From Patescibacteria group bacterium (GTDB lineage: Bacteria > Patescibacteriota > Microgenomatia > UBA1400 > Chisholmbacteraceae), in assembly GCA_022564195.1 (NCBI GenBank), contig JADFLW010000001.1, positions 711 through 64,710 on the forward strand: 64,000 nt of DNA. Direction: 5' to 3'. Under the pieces are notes generated by a model that searched no databases, was not told the origin of the DNA, and saw only the letters and a list, made by a program, of their open reading frames with translations. The first letter of the stretch is position 1, and every line of letters starts with the position of its first letter. Both the position numbers and the translations under genes were made by a program. This document shows, piece by piece, positions 47,307 to 57,128 of this stretch.

Positions 47307-49322
47307 ATGAGCAATGATTATATGAAGCTTGTGATCGTTGAATCTCCAACGAAAGCCAGAACGCTGGCTCGGTTTCTAGGGAAAGAGTACACCATTGAGG
47401 CGAGCATGGGGCATGTCCGGGACCTTCCCAAAAGCAAACTGGGTGTTGATGTAGAGCATGATTTCGCACCGGAGTATGTTGTGGTGCCTGAGAAGGCAGA
47501 CATTGTGGCAAAACTACGGAAGGACGCGAAGAAGGCCTCCCAGATTTTTCTTTCCATGGATCCTGACCGGGAAGGGGAGGCGATTGCCTACCATGTTCAG
47601 CACCTCGTTGGTGGGGATAGCAAGTTCAAGCGTGTGGTTTTTCACCAGATCACGAAGGCAGCTATTGAGGAGGCGTTTGCCCATCCACGGAGCATCGATG
47701 CGAACCTTGTTGATGCTCAACTGGCGCGACGGGTGCTGGATCGATTGGTTGGCTATACACTCTCGCCCCTTCTTTGGCGTAAAGTCCGTCGCGGTCTTTC
47801 AGCCGGGCGTGTCCAGTCCGTTGCTGTCCGTCTCATCGTCGAGCGCGAGCGGGAGATCGAGGCCTTCCAAGCGGAGGAATATTGGGAGATTGGTGTTGAT
47901 CTTGCGAAAGAGAAGGGCAAGAAAGAAGAGCAATTCACCGCCTGGCTTCGCAAGATTGATGGAAAGAAAGCAGCGGTTGAGAACGGTAAGCAAGCGCAGC
48001 GTATCGTTTCCGATTTGGAAGCATCTGCGTATGCGGTTATCGATGTACGCAAAAAGGAAGTTCGCAGAACCCCTTTCCCTCCCTTTACAACCTCAACACT
48101 GCAGCAGAGTGCTGCGAATGTTTTGCGATTCAGCGCCAGACGGACGATGCGGCTGGCACAGCAGCTGTATGAGCGGGGGCACATCACCTACCATCGCACC
48201 GACAGTTTCAATCTGGCGCCGGAGGCCGTTGCCGCCGCGAGGAAGCGTATTGCGAAGAAGTTTGGAGATGCATACTTGCCAGGGGAGCCACGGCGCTATA
48301 AAACCCGTAGCAAGCTTGCCCAGGAAGCCCATGAGGCAATACGGCCAACCCGACCGGCGGCGGAGGTTGATTCCCTGAAGTTTCCTGACAAATTTGCGCG
48401 AGATTTACGCAGGCTCTATGAGCTTGTTTGGAAGCGGTTTATGGCTTCGCAGATGAGTGACGCTGTCTACGATCAGACGGCGGTAGACATTGAAGCACAT
48501 CAGCGTTTAGCTTCAAGCGTTGAGCGTCCAGTGTATTTATTGCGGGCGAGTGGGAGTATTCGGAAGTTTGATGGCTGGCGGAAGCTTTACAAACGAACGA
48601 GTGAAGATCGCGATCTTCCTGAAGTTTCCACGGGAGATGCCGCTATTCTTCTAAAGGTTCTTTCGGAGCAGAAGTTCAGCGAACCGCCGCCCAGATACAC
48701 CGATGCCTCCTTGGTGAAGGCGCTTGAGCAGCGGGGAATTGGTAGGCCGTCGACCTATGCGCCGACGATTTCGACAATTTTGGCACGCCACTATGTTGAA
48801 TATGAGGATCGCAAGTTCAAACCCACACCCGTTGGGACTGCAACGAACGACTTTTTGGTTGCCAATTTCGAAAAGATTGTTGACTATGACTTCACGGCAG
48901 GGATGGAGGAGGACTTGGATAAGATTGCCCGAGGAGATCGAAAGTGGGTACCCGTGATACGTGAGTTTTGGGGACCCTTTCATCGCAAGAGCAAATCGGT
49001 GGAGAAAACAGCGAAGCGAGTGGCCGTGCTTACCGAACCGACCGGGAAGAAGTGCCCGGAGTGTGGCGAAGGGGATGAGGTGATTCGGGTGGGAAGGTTT
49101 GGGAAGTTCCTTTCCTGTTCCCGATTTCCTGAGTGCAAGTACACCGCGAATTTTGTTGAGAAGCTTAAGGGAGTGCAGTGCCCAGAAGATGGGGGAGATA
49201 TTGTTATTAAACGCACCCGCAAAGGGAAGCAATTTTACGGTTGCTCCAATTATCCTAAGTGCACCTGGGCTACATGGCGAAAGCCCAAGGCCTCCAAGCC
49301 CAGCAAAACGAATGCGACTTGA
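47307..49322 (+). CDS. topA: DNA topoisomerase I (with C-terminal zinc ribbons); alternative start ATG 47322
   Basis: ORF track; ..KLVIVESPTKA.. TOPRIM start, active-site Tyr region, C-terminal CPECG/CxxC repeats. Confidence 0.92.
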   Translation: MSNDYMKLVIVESPTKARTLARFLGKEYTIEASMGHVRDLPKSKLGVDVEHDFAPEYVVVPEKADIVAKLRKDAKKASQIFLSMDPDREGEAIAYHVQHLVGGDSKFKRVVFHQITKAAIEEAFAHPRSIDANLVDAQLARRVLDRLVGYTLSPLLWRKVRRGLSAGRVQSVAVRLIVEREREIEAFQAEEYWEIGVDLAKEKGKKEEQFTAWLRKIDGKKAAVENGKQAQRIVSDLEASAYAVIDVRKKEVRRTPFPPFTTSTLQQSAANVLRFSARRTMRLAQQLYERGHITYHRTDSFNLAPEAVAAARKRIAKKFGDAYLPGEPRRYKTRSKLAQEAHEAIRPTRPAAEVDSLKFPDKFARDLRRLYELVWKRFMASQMSDAVYDQTAVDIEAHQRLASSVERPVYLLRASGSIRKFDGWRKLYKRTSEDRDLPEVSTGDAAILLKVLSEQKFSEPPPRYTDASLVKALEQRGIGRPSTYAPTISTILARHYVEYEDRKFKPTPVGTATNDFLVANFEKIVDYDFTAGMEEDLDKIARGDRKWVPVIREFWGPFHRKSKSVEKTAKRVAVLTEPTGKKCPECGEGDEVIRVGRFGKFLSCSRFPECKYTANFVEKLKGVQCPEDGGDIVIKRTRKGKQFYGCSNYPKCTWATWRKPKASKPSKTNAT

Positions 49323-49365
49323 AGACGGATTCGTTTGCTTCGGGGTGGTATAATAAGGTTGAGTT

Positions 49366-49386
49366 GCCCAGAGATGGGCTTTTTTG
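49366..49386 (+). terminator. rho-independent terminator after topA (GCCCA-GAGA-TGGGC + T7)
   Basis: stem-loop plus T-run read directly. Confidence 0.6.
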
Positions 49387-49700
49387 TTCGTTAAAATCTG
49401 AGGGCGCCTTGTTTCTCCCTGAGAGGGCATGCTTGGATGTGCCTTGTCGGGGTTGGAAACAAGGACTAATCCTTATCTGTGGCCGTTGTTCGTTGATACG
49501 TTTGTGTCATCCTCATTGCAATATTCGCTTTATAGCTTGTATTGTCTGCCGAACGGCGCGTTGTAGATTTGTTTTCCAATCCCCGGGGAGTGCGTGAGCT
49601 TAGGTGTTTGTCGAAAGACGTAAAAGTATGTTGCTTGAGGAGTACCCTCAGCGCATTTATTGCCTTCGGGCACTTTTACACTCTTTCTATCATCACCATC

Positions 49701-49715
49701 GTGACTATATGTCAC
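49701..49715. promoter_or_regulatory. 15 bp palindrome GTGACTATATGTCAC ~200 nt upstream of nrdJ; NrdR-box-like (speculative)
   Basis: read directly; AT-rich centre flanked by GTGAC/GTCAC. Confidence 0.3.
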
Positions 49716-49915
49716 ACTCACCACTTCTCGGTCCCTCCAAATACTCCCCATAAATTTGTTGTAATGAGTACACTCTTTCTCCAAGGGCGGTTTCCATGGT
49801 CATTGGTTTTTTGCATGTTTCTCTCGCGACTCGGCTTCATCGGTTTTTCTGATGGTCTTTGATGCAGATATTGCTGGTTGCATAGATTTTGAAGGCTCTG
49901 TTAGCATGGATTCAA

Positions 49916-52126
49916 ATGGCAATGTGGCAGGTTCGAAAACGAAGCGGAGAGGTTGAGGATTTTCAAGCACCCAAGATCACCCAATCGATCGTCATGGCGC
50001 AATCCAATGTCGGGATCACCGATGCTGAGCAAGCAAAGCGGGTCGGCAGGCTGGTTTTTTCGGACCTTCAGAAGCGTTTAGCTCAAGATCGTGTGATCGG
50101 CACGGATCAGATCGGTGATGCGGTTGAGCGGATCCTCATCGATGAGGCGCTGTATGAGATCGCCCGTGCCTACATCATTGCCCGTGAGCGGCAGCGGCAG
50201 GAAACAAGAGCAGAGAAGCAGCTCGGGGTGGTGGATGATGTTGGTCTTCCTTACAACTCCATCGTGGTCATTCGCAACAAGTACCTCAAAAAAGATGAAC
50301 AGGGAAATCCCATTGAGACACCGAAGCAGATGTTTGGGCGAGTGGCGAAGACGCTGGCTCGGGCTGAGAAGAAGCGTGGTGCCTGGGAGGACCGGTTTTT
50401 TGATGTCATGGTTTCCCTGCGGTTTTTGCCGGCTGGGCGAACGCTTGCCAATGCGGGAACAACGAATAATCAGATGGCGAACTGCTTTGTTCTGCCGATG
50501 CCGGATAGTGTGGAAGGCATCTTTGAGGTGGTGAAGGCAAGCTCGATACTCAAGAAAAACGGTGGGGCAGTTGGCTTTAACTTCGGAAAGATCCGCCCCA
50601 AAGGGGATGTGGTTGCCGGAACGACCGGTGAGGCCTGTGGTCCGGTGGCGCTGATGAAGATCCTCAACGATGCCTCGGACATTCTTCTACAAGCGGGTGG
50701 TCGGAGAAGCGGCAACATGGTGCTGCTTCCGGTTTCCCATCCTGATGTACTTGAGTTTGTCACCTGTAAAGAGGATGAATCGCTTCTTCCCCACATCAAT
50801 TATTCCTTGGGGGTGACCAGCAAGTTCATGCAGGCGGTGGCGGATGATGAACCATGGGATTTAGTAAATCCCAGAAATGGAGAGGTGGTCAACACGGTTT
50901 CGGCAAGGAGCATTTTTGATCTGGCCAGTTCCTTGGCTTGGCGCAACGGTGATCCCGGGATGGTGTTTTTGGATCGGGTGAATCGCGATAATCCCACGCC
51001 GCAGGTTGGGGTTCTGGAGGCCGTCAATCTCTGCGGGGAGCAGCCGCTTCTTTCTTGGGAGGCGTGCAACCTGGGATCAATCAATTTGGCCGCGCATCTC
51101 TCAAGCAATGGCAAACGAACCATGGATTGGAAGAAACTTGAAGAATCGGTACGGCTCGGGATCCGGATGCTTGATAACGTGATTACCCAGTGTAGCTATC
51201 CGGTGAAGGAAGTGGAGCGGATGGTGAAGAGCAATCGAAAGATCGGATTGGGCGTCATGGGGTGGGCGGATGTGTTGGTCCGATTGGGAATAGCCTATGG
51301 CAGCGAAGAGGGGCTACGGTTGGCTCGCAAGACCATGAAGTTTATTCGAAAGATTGCCGAGGATGAGAGCGCGAGGTTGGGTCGGGAGAAGGGGAGTTTT
51401 CCAAACTTCGCTGGTTCGCTTTGGCAGAAGAGCGGATTCAAGCACTTTCGCAATGCGACGCTTTTGACCATCGCTCCGACTGGCTCGATCAGCATGGCGG
51501 CGGGAGTGAGCTACGGCATAGAGCCGCACTTTGCATTGGCGTTTTACAAAGAAGCGATGGGTGGGATTCAATTACCTGAAGTGAACTCGGATCTACTTGA
51601 GGTACTTCGTGATGTCGGGATTGACGACAATGGACTATTGGATGAGATTGCCCAGACCGGGACGATCCAACATTTGCCCCAGATTCCGGAGAAGATTCGC
51701 AAAGTATTTGTGACTGCCCACGATTTAGGCCCGAGTGATCATGTCTTAACACAAGCTGCGTTTCAACGCTACACGGACAACGCGGTTTCCAAGACGATTA
51801 ATCTTCCGCATGACGCGCGGGTTGAGGATATTGAGGAAGCCTTCATGCTTGCCTGGAAGACGGGGTGCAAGGGGATCACTGTGTATCGGGATGCGAGCCG
51901 CAAGGTACAGGTTTTGAATGTTGGGAAACAGGCGAGAAAGCGTCAAGCGTCTAGCGTCAAGCGTCGAGGGAGGAGAGAGGGAGCAGTTGATCAACCCCTA
52001 CAAGCTAAGAAGCTAAGAAGCTCTGTAGCCTCGAGAGATGAATGTCCGCAGTGCGGGGCGAAGATGCAGATGGCAGAAGGTTGTGCCACCTGCCCGTCAT
52101 GCGCATTTTCCGTTTGTTCGGTGTAG
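49916..52126 (+). CDS. nrdJ: adenosylcobalamin-dependent (class II) ribonucleotide reductase with N-terminal ATP-cone and C-terminal zinc ribbon
   Basis: ORF track (TTG 49889; first ATG 49916); ..VRKRSGEVEDF.. ATP-cone; RNR core; C-terminal CPQCG..CATCPSCAF. Confidence 0.85.
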   Translation: MAMWQVRKRSGEVEDFQAPKITQSIVMAQSNVGITDAEQAKRVGRLVFSDLQKRLAQDRVIGTDQIGDAVERILIDEALYEIARAYIIARERQRQETRAEKQLGVVDDVGLPYNSIVVIRNKYLKKDEQGNPIETPKQMFGRVAKTLARAEKKRGAWEDRFFDVMVSLRFLPAGRTLANAGTTNNQMANCFVLPMPDSVEGIFEVVKASSILKKNGGAVGFNFGKIRPKGDVVAGTTGEACGPVALMKILNDASDILLQAGGRRSGNMVLLPVSHPDVLEFVTCKEDESLLPHINYSLGVTSKFMQAVADDEPWDLVNPRNGEVVNTVSARSIFDLASSLAWRNGDPGMVFLDRVNRDNPTPQVGVLEAVNLCGEQPLLSWEACNLGSINLAAHLSSNGKRTMDWKKLEESVRLGIRMLDNVITQCSYPVKEVERMVKSNRKIGLGVMGWADVLVRLGIAYGSEEGLRLARKTMKFIRKIAEDESARLGREKGSFPNFAGSLWQKSGFKHFRNATLLTIAPTGSISMAAGVSYGIEPHFALAFYKEAMGGIQLPEVNSDLLEVLRDVGIDDNGLLDEIAQTGTIQHLPQIPEKIRKVFVTAHDLGPSDHVLTQAAFQRYTDNAVSKTINLPHDARVEDIEEAFMLAWKTGCKGITVYRDASRKVQVLNVGKQARKRQASSVKRRGRREGAVDQPLQAKKLRSSVASRDECPQCGAKMQMAEGCATCPSCAFSVCSV
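51938..51965. repeat. tandem heptamer (AAGCGTC/AAGCGTC/TAGCGTC/AAGCGTC) inside nrdJ coding region
   Basis: read directly; encodes ..RKRQASSVKRRG.. Confidence 0.6.
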
Positions 52127-52175
52127 CTTCTTGAACTTTCTGTTTGCAAGACTCCTTCTGCTATAATGCGGAGCG

Positions 52176-52562
52176 ATGTTGGAGAATTTTGCGAAACCAC
52201 AGATTGTCGTTGACTACGCTTACCAGCTCCGGGATGGGAAGACCGGTCATCACCTAAAGTACAGTACGTACAGTCCTGACCTTTTTGTGCGTCGTACGCT
52301 CTTGAGTACAGAAAACGATGCCTACTTCGCGACCGCAATCCATGAAAGGGTGACTGTGGTCCTCTCCTATCATCAAGAGTCTGACTCATCTCGAGCATTC
52401 CATTTGCTTCTGTGGGGAGGGACTGAGCAAGCAAAGCAAGCGATTGTTGAGGGAATTGGGTCAACGCTGGAAGGTGTTCGTGAGCTGTTCGCTTGGAGTT
52501 CAGTGACTCCTGTAGAGGTGAAAGAGAGAGGCAAGTACGTTTGGGAAGTACAGTTGGAATGA
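52176..52562 (+). CDS. hypothetical protein
   Basis: ORF track. Confidence 0.45.
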   Translation: MLENFAKPQIVVDYAYQLRDGKTGHHLKYSTYSPDLFVRRTLLSTENDAYFATAIHERVTVVLSYHQESDSSRAFHLLLWGGTEQAKQAIVEGIGSTLEGVRELFAWSSVTPVEVKERGKYVWEVQLE

Positions 52563-52637
52563 CGCCGTTGCTTGACAGACGGGCCTTCACGACACAGATT
52601 TTCGTTGCCTAGAACTTTATCTTACCTACTATCAGGA

Positions 52638-52883
52638 TTAGTCTTCTAGAATTTCCCAGTAGGAATCGGGTTTTTTGAGTCCGAATGTGTTCCAGACCCA
52701 ACTGATGTCCTGCTGTGCTTCTGGGGTGGACTCAAATTCCAGTCCTCTTGCGTCAAAGAAAGTTGATTCTGACAATGTTTTCATAAACTCTTGGTCTTTT
52801 TCTGTCATGTTTGGATACGCGAGGATTCTGAAGATGCCTACGAGATTGCGGAGTCGCGTTCTGCTCTGGGGATTCAATAACAC
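52638..52883 (-). CDS. hypothetical small protein
   Basis: ORF track. Confidence 0.35.
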   Translation of the reverse strand: MLLNPQSRTRLRNLVGIFRILAYPNMTEKDQEFMKTLSESTFFDARGLEFESTPEAQQDISWVWNTFGLKKPDSYWEILED

Positions 52884-52949
52884 TCTCAGCGCCTGCTGCT
52901 CTCAAAAGGGGCTTGTTTTCCATGACTTCTTTGTGATAGCTTCTGAACG

Positions 52950-54521
52950 ATGAGTGTACGGGCACGCGGCTGGCCGATCTATTACAAAGATATTCTCCTT
53001 GTTAACGATCCTGATCATCACCTCGGGATCTGCTGTTTGTGGACCGAGCGGCAGGTGGTTGCCAAGCTCATTGGTGACGCCAAGTACAACGTGATTGGGA
53101 ACTTGTATAGCGCCCAGGGGATCAACGCGATGATGCGCAACATCTTTGCCAATCCCGCGATTCGGACAATCGTTCTGTGGGGGGCAGAGATGAGTCTTTC
53201 CGGGCATTCGCTGTTGATGCTCATGAAAGAGGGGCTCGATCGCGAGCGGCGGATCAAAAATGGTCGCGGGGAGATTGAGCGTGAGATTCCGAGACGGGCC
53301 ATTGAGCAGTTCCGGCGCGTGGTTGAGGTTGTTGATTTGCGTGGGAGAGATAAGGACGAGCTTATAAAGACGGTTAAGCGTCTCGCTTCGGAAAAGAAGA
53401 AGCCTTTTGCCAAGAAGCCTAAGACATTTCCCAAATCGCAGCCGCAGTTTAGTGTTCTTCCGAGTGAGAAAGTAGGATTTCGCGTTTCTTCTCCGAAGGT
53501 TGCCAAGACCTGGCTCAAGCTTCTTAACGAAATCTATAAATATGGTCTTCCTAAACACACGCGCTACAGCAAGGACAACGAGATTCGCGAGATTTTGAAT
53601 TTGACGGCTGTGGTGACCGATGAGGATCCTGAAGACATTTACTTTCCTGCGTACCTTCCATTTAGCGAGATAGAGATGAAAGCATACTACGCAGAGCTTC
53701 TGACAGCCAGACAAATTCCCGGTGTCGCATATAACTACGGTCGGCGGTTGCGGCTGGAACTTGGAGTGGACCAAATTAAGAAAATGAAGGAGCTGATTAA
53801 GAAACGGCCGGCATCCAAGAAGATGGCAGCGTTTACCGCCGATGTCAAAAAGGATTGGAGTAAGGTGCACAAGGGCGATACGCCCTGCCTGACACAAATT
53901 CTGGGAAGTATTTACGAGAACAGGTTCTATTTCACGGCCCATTTTAGAAGCCAAGACATGGTGCACGGATGGCCACGCAACGCCTTTGCCTTGCGAAAAC
54001 TTCAACAAGATATTGCTGGTGATACAGGATATTCTCTCGGACCGCTCACCATTATTACTCACAGTGCTCATATCTATGGTGATGACTTCCTGTTGGTTGA
54101 GAACCTGTTGATGGACCACTACGAGAAGGAGTTGGGATTCACGCCGGCAGTGCATTTTAAATTCGATCCGCGGGGAAATATCGTCATTGAAGTTGTGAGT
54201 CGCAATGATGCGTTGGTTTGGCCTGAGTTCGCTCATCGATATGACAAAGAGGCGGTGCCGTATGCGGTTAGCATGGGCTTGAAGCGTCTACCGAAGCGGG
54301 GAAGAAATGCCGGGAAACTCATACGGGCGACCATTTATGCGCCGGATGGCGGAGCGCCGCTTAAGGTTTTTGAAGGGAGGACTGCTCAGGAAGTGGCGTA
54401 TCAAATCGCTGATTGGGGATATATTTCAGAGTCAAGCCATTCAATGTATATTGGCTTGGAGTTACAGCGGGCGGAGGAAGCGATCATTCGTGGGGGTGGG
54501 TATCACCAAGATCCGGCATAA
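52950..54521 (+). CDS. thymidylate synthase (ThyA)-family enzyme (~330 aa) fused to a ~190 aa N-terminal domain of unknown function
   Basis: ORF track; catalytic signatures align with E. coli ThyA: ..GDTPCLTQ.. (Cys nucleophile), ..RSQD.. (R166/D169), ..GWPRNAFALRKL.. (N177), ..HSAHIY.. Confidence 0.7.
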   Translation: MSVRARGWPIYYKDILLVNDPDHHLGICCLWTERQVVAKLIGDAKYNVIGNLYSAQGINAMMRNIFANPAIRTIVLWGAEMSLSGHSLLMLMKEGLDRERRIKNGRGEIEREIPRRAIEQFRRVVEVVDLRGRDKDELIKTVKRLASEKKKPFAKKPKTFPKSQPQFSVLPSEKVGFRVSSPKVAKTWLKLLNEIYKYGLPKHTRYSKDNEIREILNLTAVVTDEDPEDIYFPAYLPFSEIEMKAYYAELLTARQIPGVAYNYGRRLRLELGVDQIKKMKELIKKRPASKKMAAFTADVKKDWSKVHKGDTPCLTQILGSIYENRFYFTAHFRSQDMVHGWPRNAFALRKLQQDIAGDTGYSLGPLTIITHSAHIYGDDFLLVENLLMDHYEKELGFTPAVHFKFDPRGNIVIEVVSRNDALVWPEFAHRYDKEAVPYAVSMGLKRLPKRGRNAGKLIRATIYAPDGGAPLKVFEGRTAQEVAYQIADWGYISESSHSMYIGLELQRAEEAIIRGGGYHQDPA

Positions 54522-54622
54522 TATAGCGTATAGCGGTTGGGGTTGAGGGAACTTCAACGCGTTTGTATTTTTTGGGGGTTTACAACGGTTCCGAATTTCT
54601 GATAGCTTAAACAATTGGTACG

Positions 54623-54961
54623 ATGGCTTCAATCGAACAGGAGATTCAACGAAGAATTGCTGAAGGGGAAACAGGCCTAGTTGGTTTTCAGTGGCCAGAT
54701 GGGTATGTGCGCGTTGGAGTGGTTGTTGAGTGTCCACATTCGGGTGATTCTGAGCACTTTGCGCTGGTTCCGGGAAGTGTGTTTGATGAGGAGGTTGAGT
54801 GCAATGAGGGGCATCGGTTTTTTGTGACGAGAGAGGATGAGGGTCCGGTTTTCCATACCGAAAGGCCGGAACATTTCTCGCCGCCAGTTGTCGTCGATGA
54901 GCGTCATGTAGAACTTGGTACGTATCGCAGTCCTCAACCTTCGAATCATGATGCAGGCTAG
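54623..54961 (+). CDS. hypothetical protein
   Basis: ORF track. Confidence 0.4.
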   Translation: MASIEQEIQRRIAEGETGLVGFQWPDGYVRVGVVVECPHSGDSEHFALVPGSVFDEEVECNEGHRFFVTREDEGPVFHTERPEHFSPPVVVDERHVELGTYRSPQPSNHDAG

Positions 54962-55022
54962 TTCTTGATCGAGGGGGAGAGGAGAAGGACATCGTGGACT
55001 TCCTGATTAAGGAGGTTTTTAT

Positions 55023-56315
55023 ATGGAAAAATTCGAAGGTCTACTGAATCCCATAGAGTTGCAGAGCGCTCATGCAAGCATTCTTGAGCGGATTATTCCT
55101 CCTGAGGGATTGCTTCTCCCTCAAGATCCAATTCTCAAACAGGGAACGACGGGTCTCAAGATTCATATCTTTGAATTCGCTTCAACAGATGATGTCGATA
55201 TTCCGGGTGCGATCGCTGCTGTGTACCCAGAATTAGCGGGTGTCTTTCCTAACGTACTGGTTCTTAAACATCGGGGGGATGAGCCGCATCGGTACTTTGA
55301 GAACATGGGGGAGATTGGGAATCAGACTGTTCTTAATGAAACACGTGTTGACCAGAGAGTCCTTACTAGTGGTTTGGTTCCGTCAGCGCTTGGGCTTGGT
55401 CGAATTGAGAAACACTCTAATGGCATGCGTTTGTTTCCCGACAGTGGAGATGGCTCAGATACGCGCGAGGTAGCGATGGTCATGCCCTATTACGACGAGA
55501 GCACTGATTTTGGCAAGACATTACATGCACGGAAAGATGGAGAGTTTCGAAGAGAAATAATGGATCAAGCAGTTGCGCTCGGCTTTGCGTTTGAGAGAGC
55601 GATGCCGAATCAGCATAGGGCAGAGTATTCGGGATTAGCAGGAATACAGCGGTTGATTAAAGAGACTTTTGATCGAGCCCAATCATGGTACGGAGAACAA
55701 ACCGGGTCATCGAGTATTTCCGGAGGGGTTGAGTTGGGAGAAGCAGAAGTAGCTGCTGAATCAGGAGAGCTTTTTCAAGACAGCATTGACAGGTTGTTCG
55801 CTGATCCTGAGTTTAAGAAATATGTTGATCGGGAGAGAAGGATCGGGGGTTTTGTTGACGTGCACGGTGATTTACGGCCTTATGACAATGCCAATGTTGT
55901 TACCACAACGCGTGGTCGGCCACTCGTGGTCTTTCGCGATCCGGTACGTCTCTATCTTAAGGATGAGAGAGAGTGGTCAAACTTTCATTTCACTCACCGT
56001 GATTTTCAGCTGGGGTTACTCATGGGTCGTTTCTATAGCGAGGGACACCATGACCTGATTAGTTATGGTATTGAGGCTTTCCAGAGGAGAGTTGGCGAGC
56101 GGAATCGATTGGTGGACGGGCGGATTAGTCAGTTGAGTAAGCCAGAGGCTCAGATGAAAGGACTCGGTATATGTTACGGAGTGTTTGTAGAGATTGTCGT
56201 TGCCAAAGGCAAGATGGTGCGCGGTGAAAATGATGGCCCTCCGATCGTTGATTATTGGCGTGCGGTTGGAGAACTTGCAGATCGTGACTTTCTGTCTTGG
56301 AAGGAGGGGTTATGA
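55023..56315 (+). CDS. putative phosphotransferase with protein-kinase-like/APH-like fold
   Basis: ORF track; strong SD AAGGAGG; ..VDVHGDLRPYDN.. resembles HxDxxxxN catalytic loop. Confidence 0.35.
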   Translation: MEKFEGLLNPIELQSAHASILERIIPPEGLLLPQDPILKQGTTGLKIHIFEFASTDDVDIPGAIAAVYPELAGVFPNVLVLKHRGDEPHRYFENMGEIGNQTVLNETRVDQRVLTSGLVPSALGLGRIEKHSNGMRLFPDSGDGSDTREVAMVMPYYDESTDFGKTLHARKDGEFRREIMDQAVALGFAFERAMPNQHRAEYSGLAGIQRLIKETFDRAQSWYGEQTGSSSISGGVELGEAEVAAESGELFQDSIDRLFADPEFKKYVDRERRIGGFVDVHGDLRPYDNANVVTTTRGRPLVVFRDPVRLYLKDEREWSNFHFTHRDFQLGLLMGRFYSEGHHDLISYGIEAFQRRVGERNRLVDGRISQLSKPEAQMKGLGICYGVFVEIVVAKGKMVRGENDGPPIVDYWRAVGELADRDFLSWKEGL

Positions 56316-57067
56316 TTCCGATCTTTATTGCCACAGGACATTCGGGAAGCGGGAAGTCGACTCTCCTGCGATTTGCAAAACAGGCGTTTCAGAACTACGG
56401 ATTGTTTTCGGAGACAGTGACTGACCGTGATCTTCTCTCCCAAGCGGTGGCTCAAGATATGGCAGAGGGCTACGAAGAGCTCGAGGTCGGAGAAGGGAAA
56501 CTTGCAAAGGTCAGCGCTCACGCGGTTTTGTACCGCGATCATCATGATCCGGGACTTCGGGTCTTTACGGTTCGGGATGGCCTGCTATTGAATCGAGTGC
56601 ACCAGAAGATGCGGGACTTAGTTTTCGATTATCGTGATGAGAGTGGATTGGTTGTGGAATGGACGACTGGGCCGAATGTTCATGAGTTCCCCGTTCTTCC
56701 GACTGGTGAGGAGGAATTATATCAGGATGGGAACAGCATCGTTGAGCTGTTTGCCGAGCGTAGGTTAGGAGATGGGAGGCAGGTGCTCATGGTAGCTGTG
56801 AATACCGATTTGGAGCAGCGGATCGAGCGGAACCTTCGTCGCCCAGACCCGATGGATCCTGATGATTTTTCCAAGATATTTCGCGACGGAGGGGAACTTC
56901 GACAGTTTGATGCTGCGCAATTTCCCAAGGGCGTGTTCTTTCATGAGTACGAGAACAACTACGACGATGAAGCACGGTTTTTCCAAGAGATGCGTGAGAT
57001 GTGCGGAAGAGAAGCCCAGAGACTCTTTGAAGGAGGGTGGGTGAACCGAGAACGGCAGAAGAGGTGA
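56312..57067 (+). CDS. P-loop NTPase, predicted nucleotide/nucleoside kinase
   Basis: Walker A ATGHSGSGKST; ATG 56312 with SD AAGGAGGGG, ATGA overlap with upstream stop. Confidence 0.6.
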   Translation: MIPIFIATGHSGSGKSTLLRFAKQAFQNYGLFSETVTDRDLLSQAVAQDMAEGYEELEVGEGKLAKVSAHAVLYRDHHDPGLRVFTVRDGLLLNRVHQKMRDLVFDYRDESGLVVEWTTGPNVHEFPVLPTGEEELYQDGNSIVELFAERRLGDGRQVLMVAVNTDLEQRIERNLRRPDPMDPDDFSKIFRDGGELRQFDAAQFPKGVFFHEYENNYDDEARFFQEMREMCGREAQRLFEGGWVNRERQKR

Positions 57068-57128
57068 TCTTTTGTTTTGAAAAACGGCTCTTGCTATCAT
57101 TTCAAAGGCTCTGTTATTCTGACTAGTG

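Noticed and set aside
49390-49890. Cobalamin riboswitch upstream of nrdJ
   Set aside because: No B12-box-like sequence was found, and B12 riboswitches normally control B12-independent RNRs and not nrdJ.
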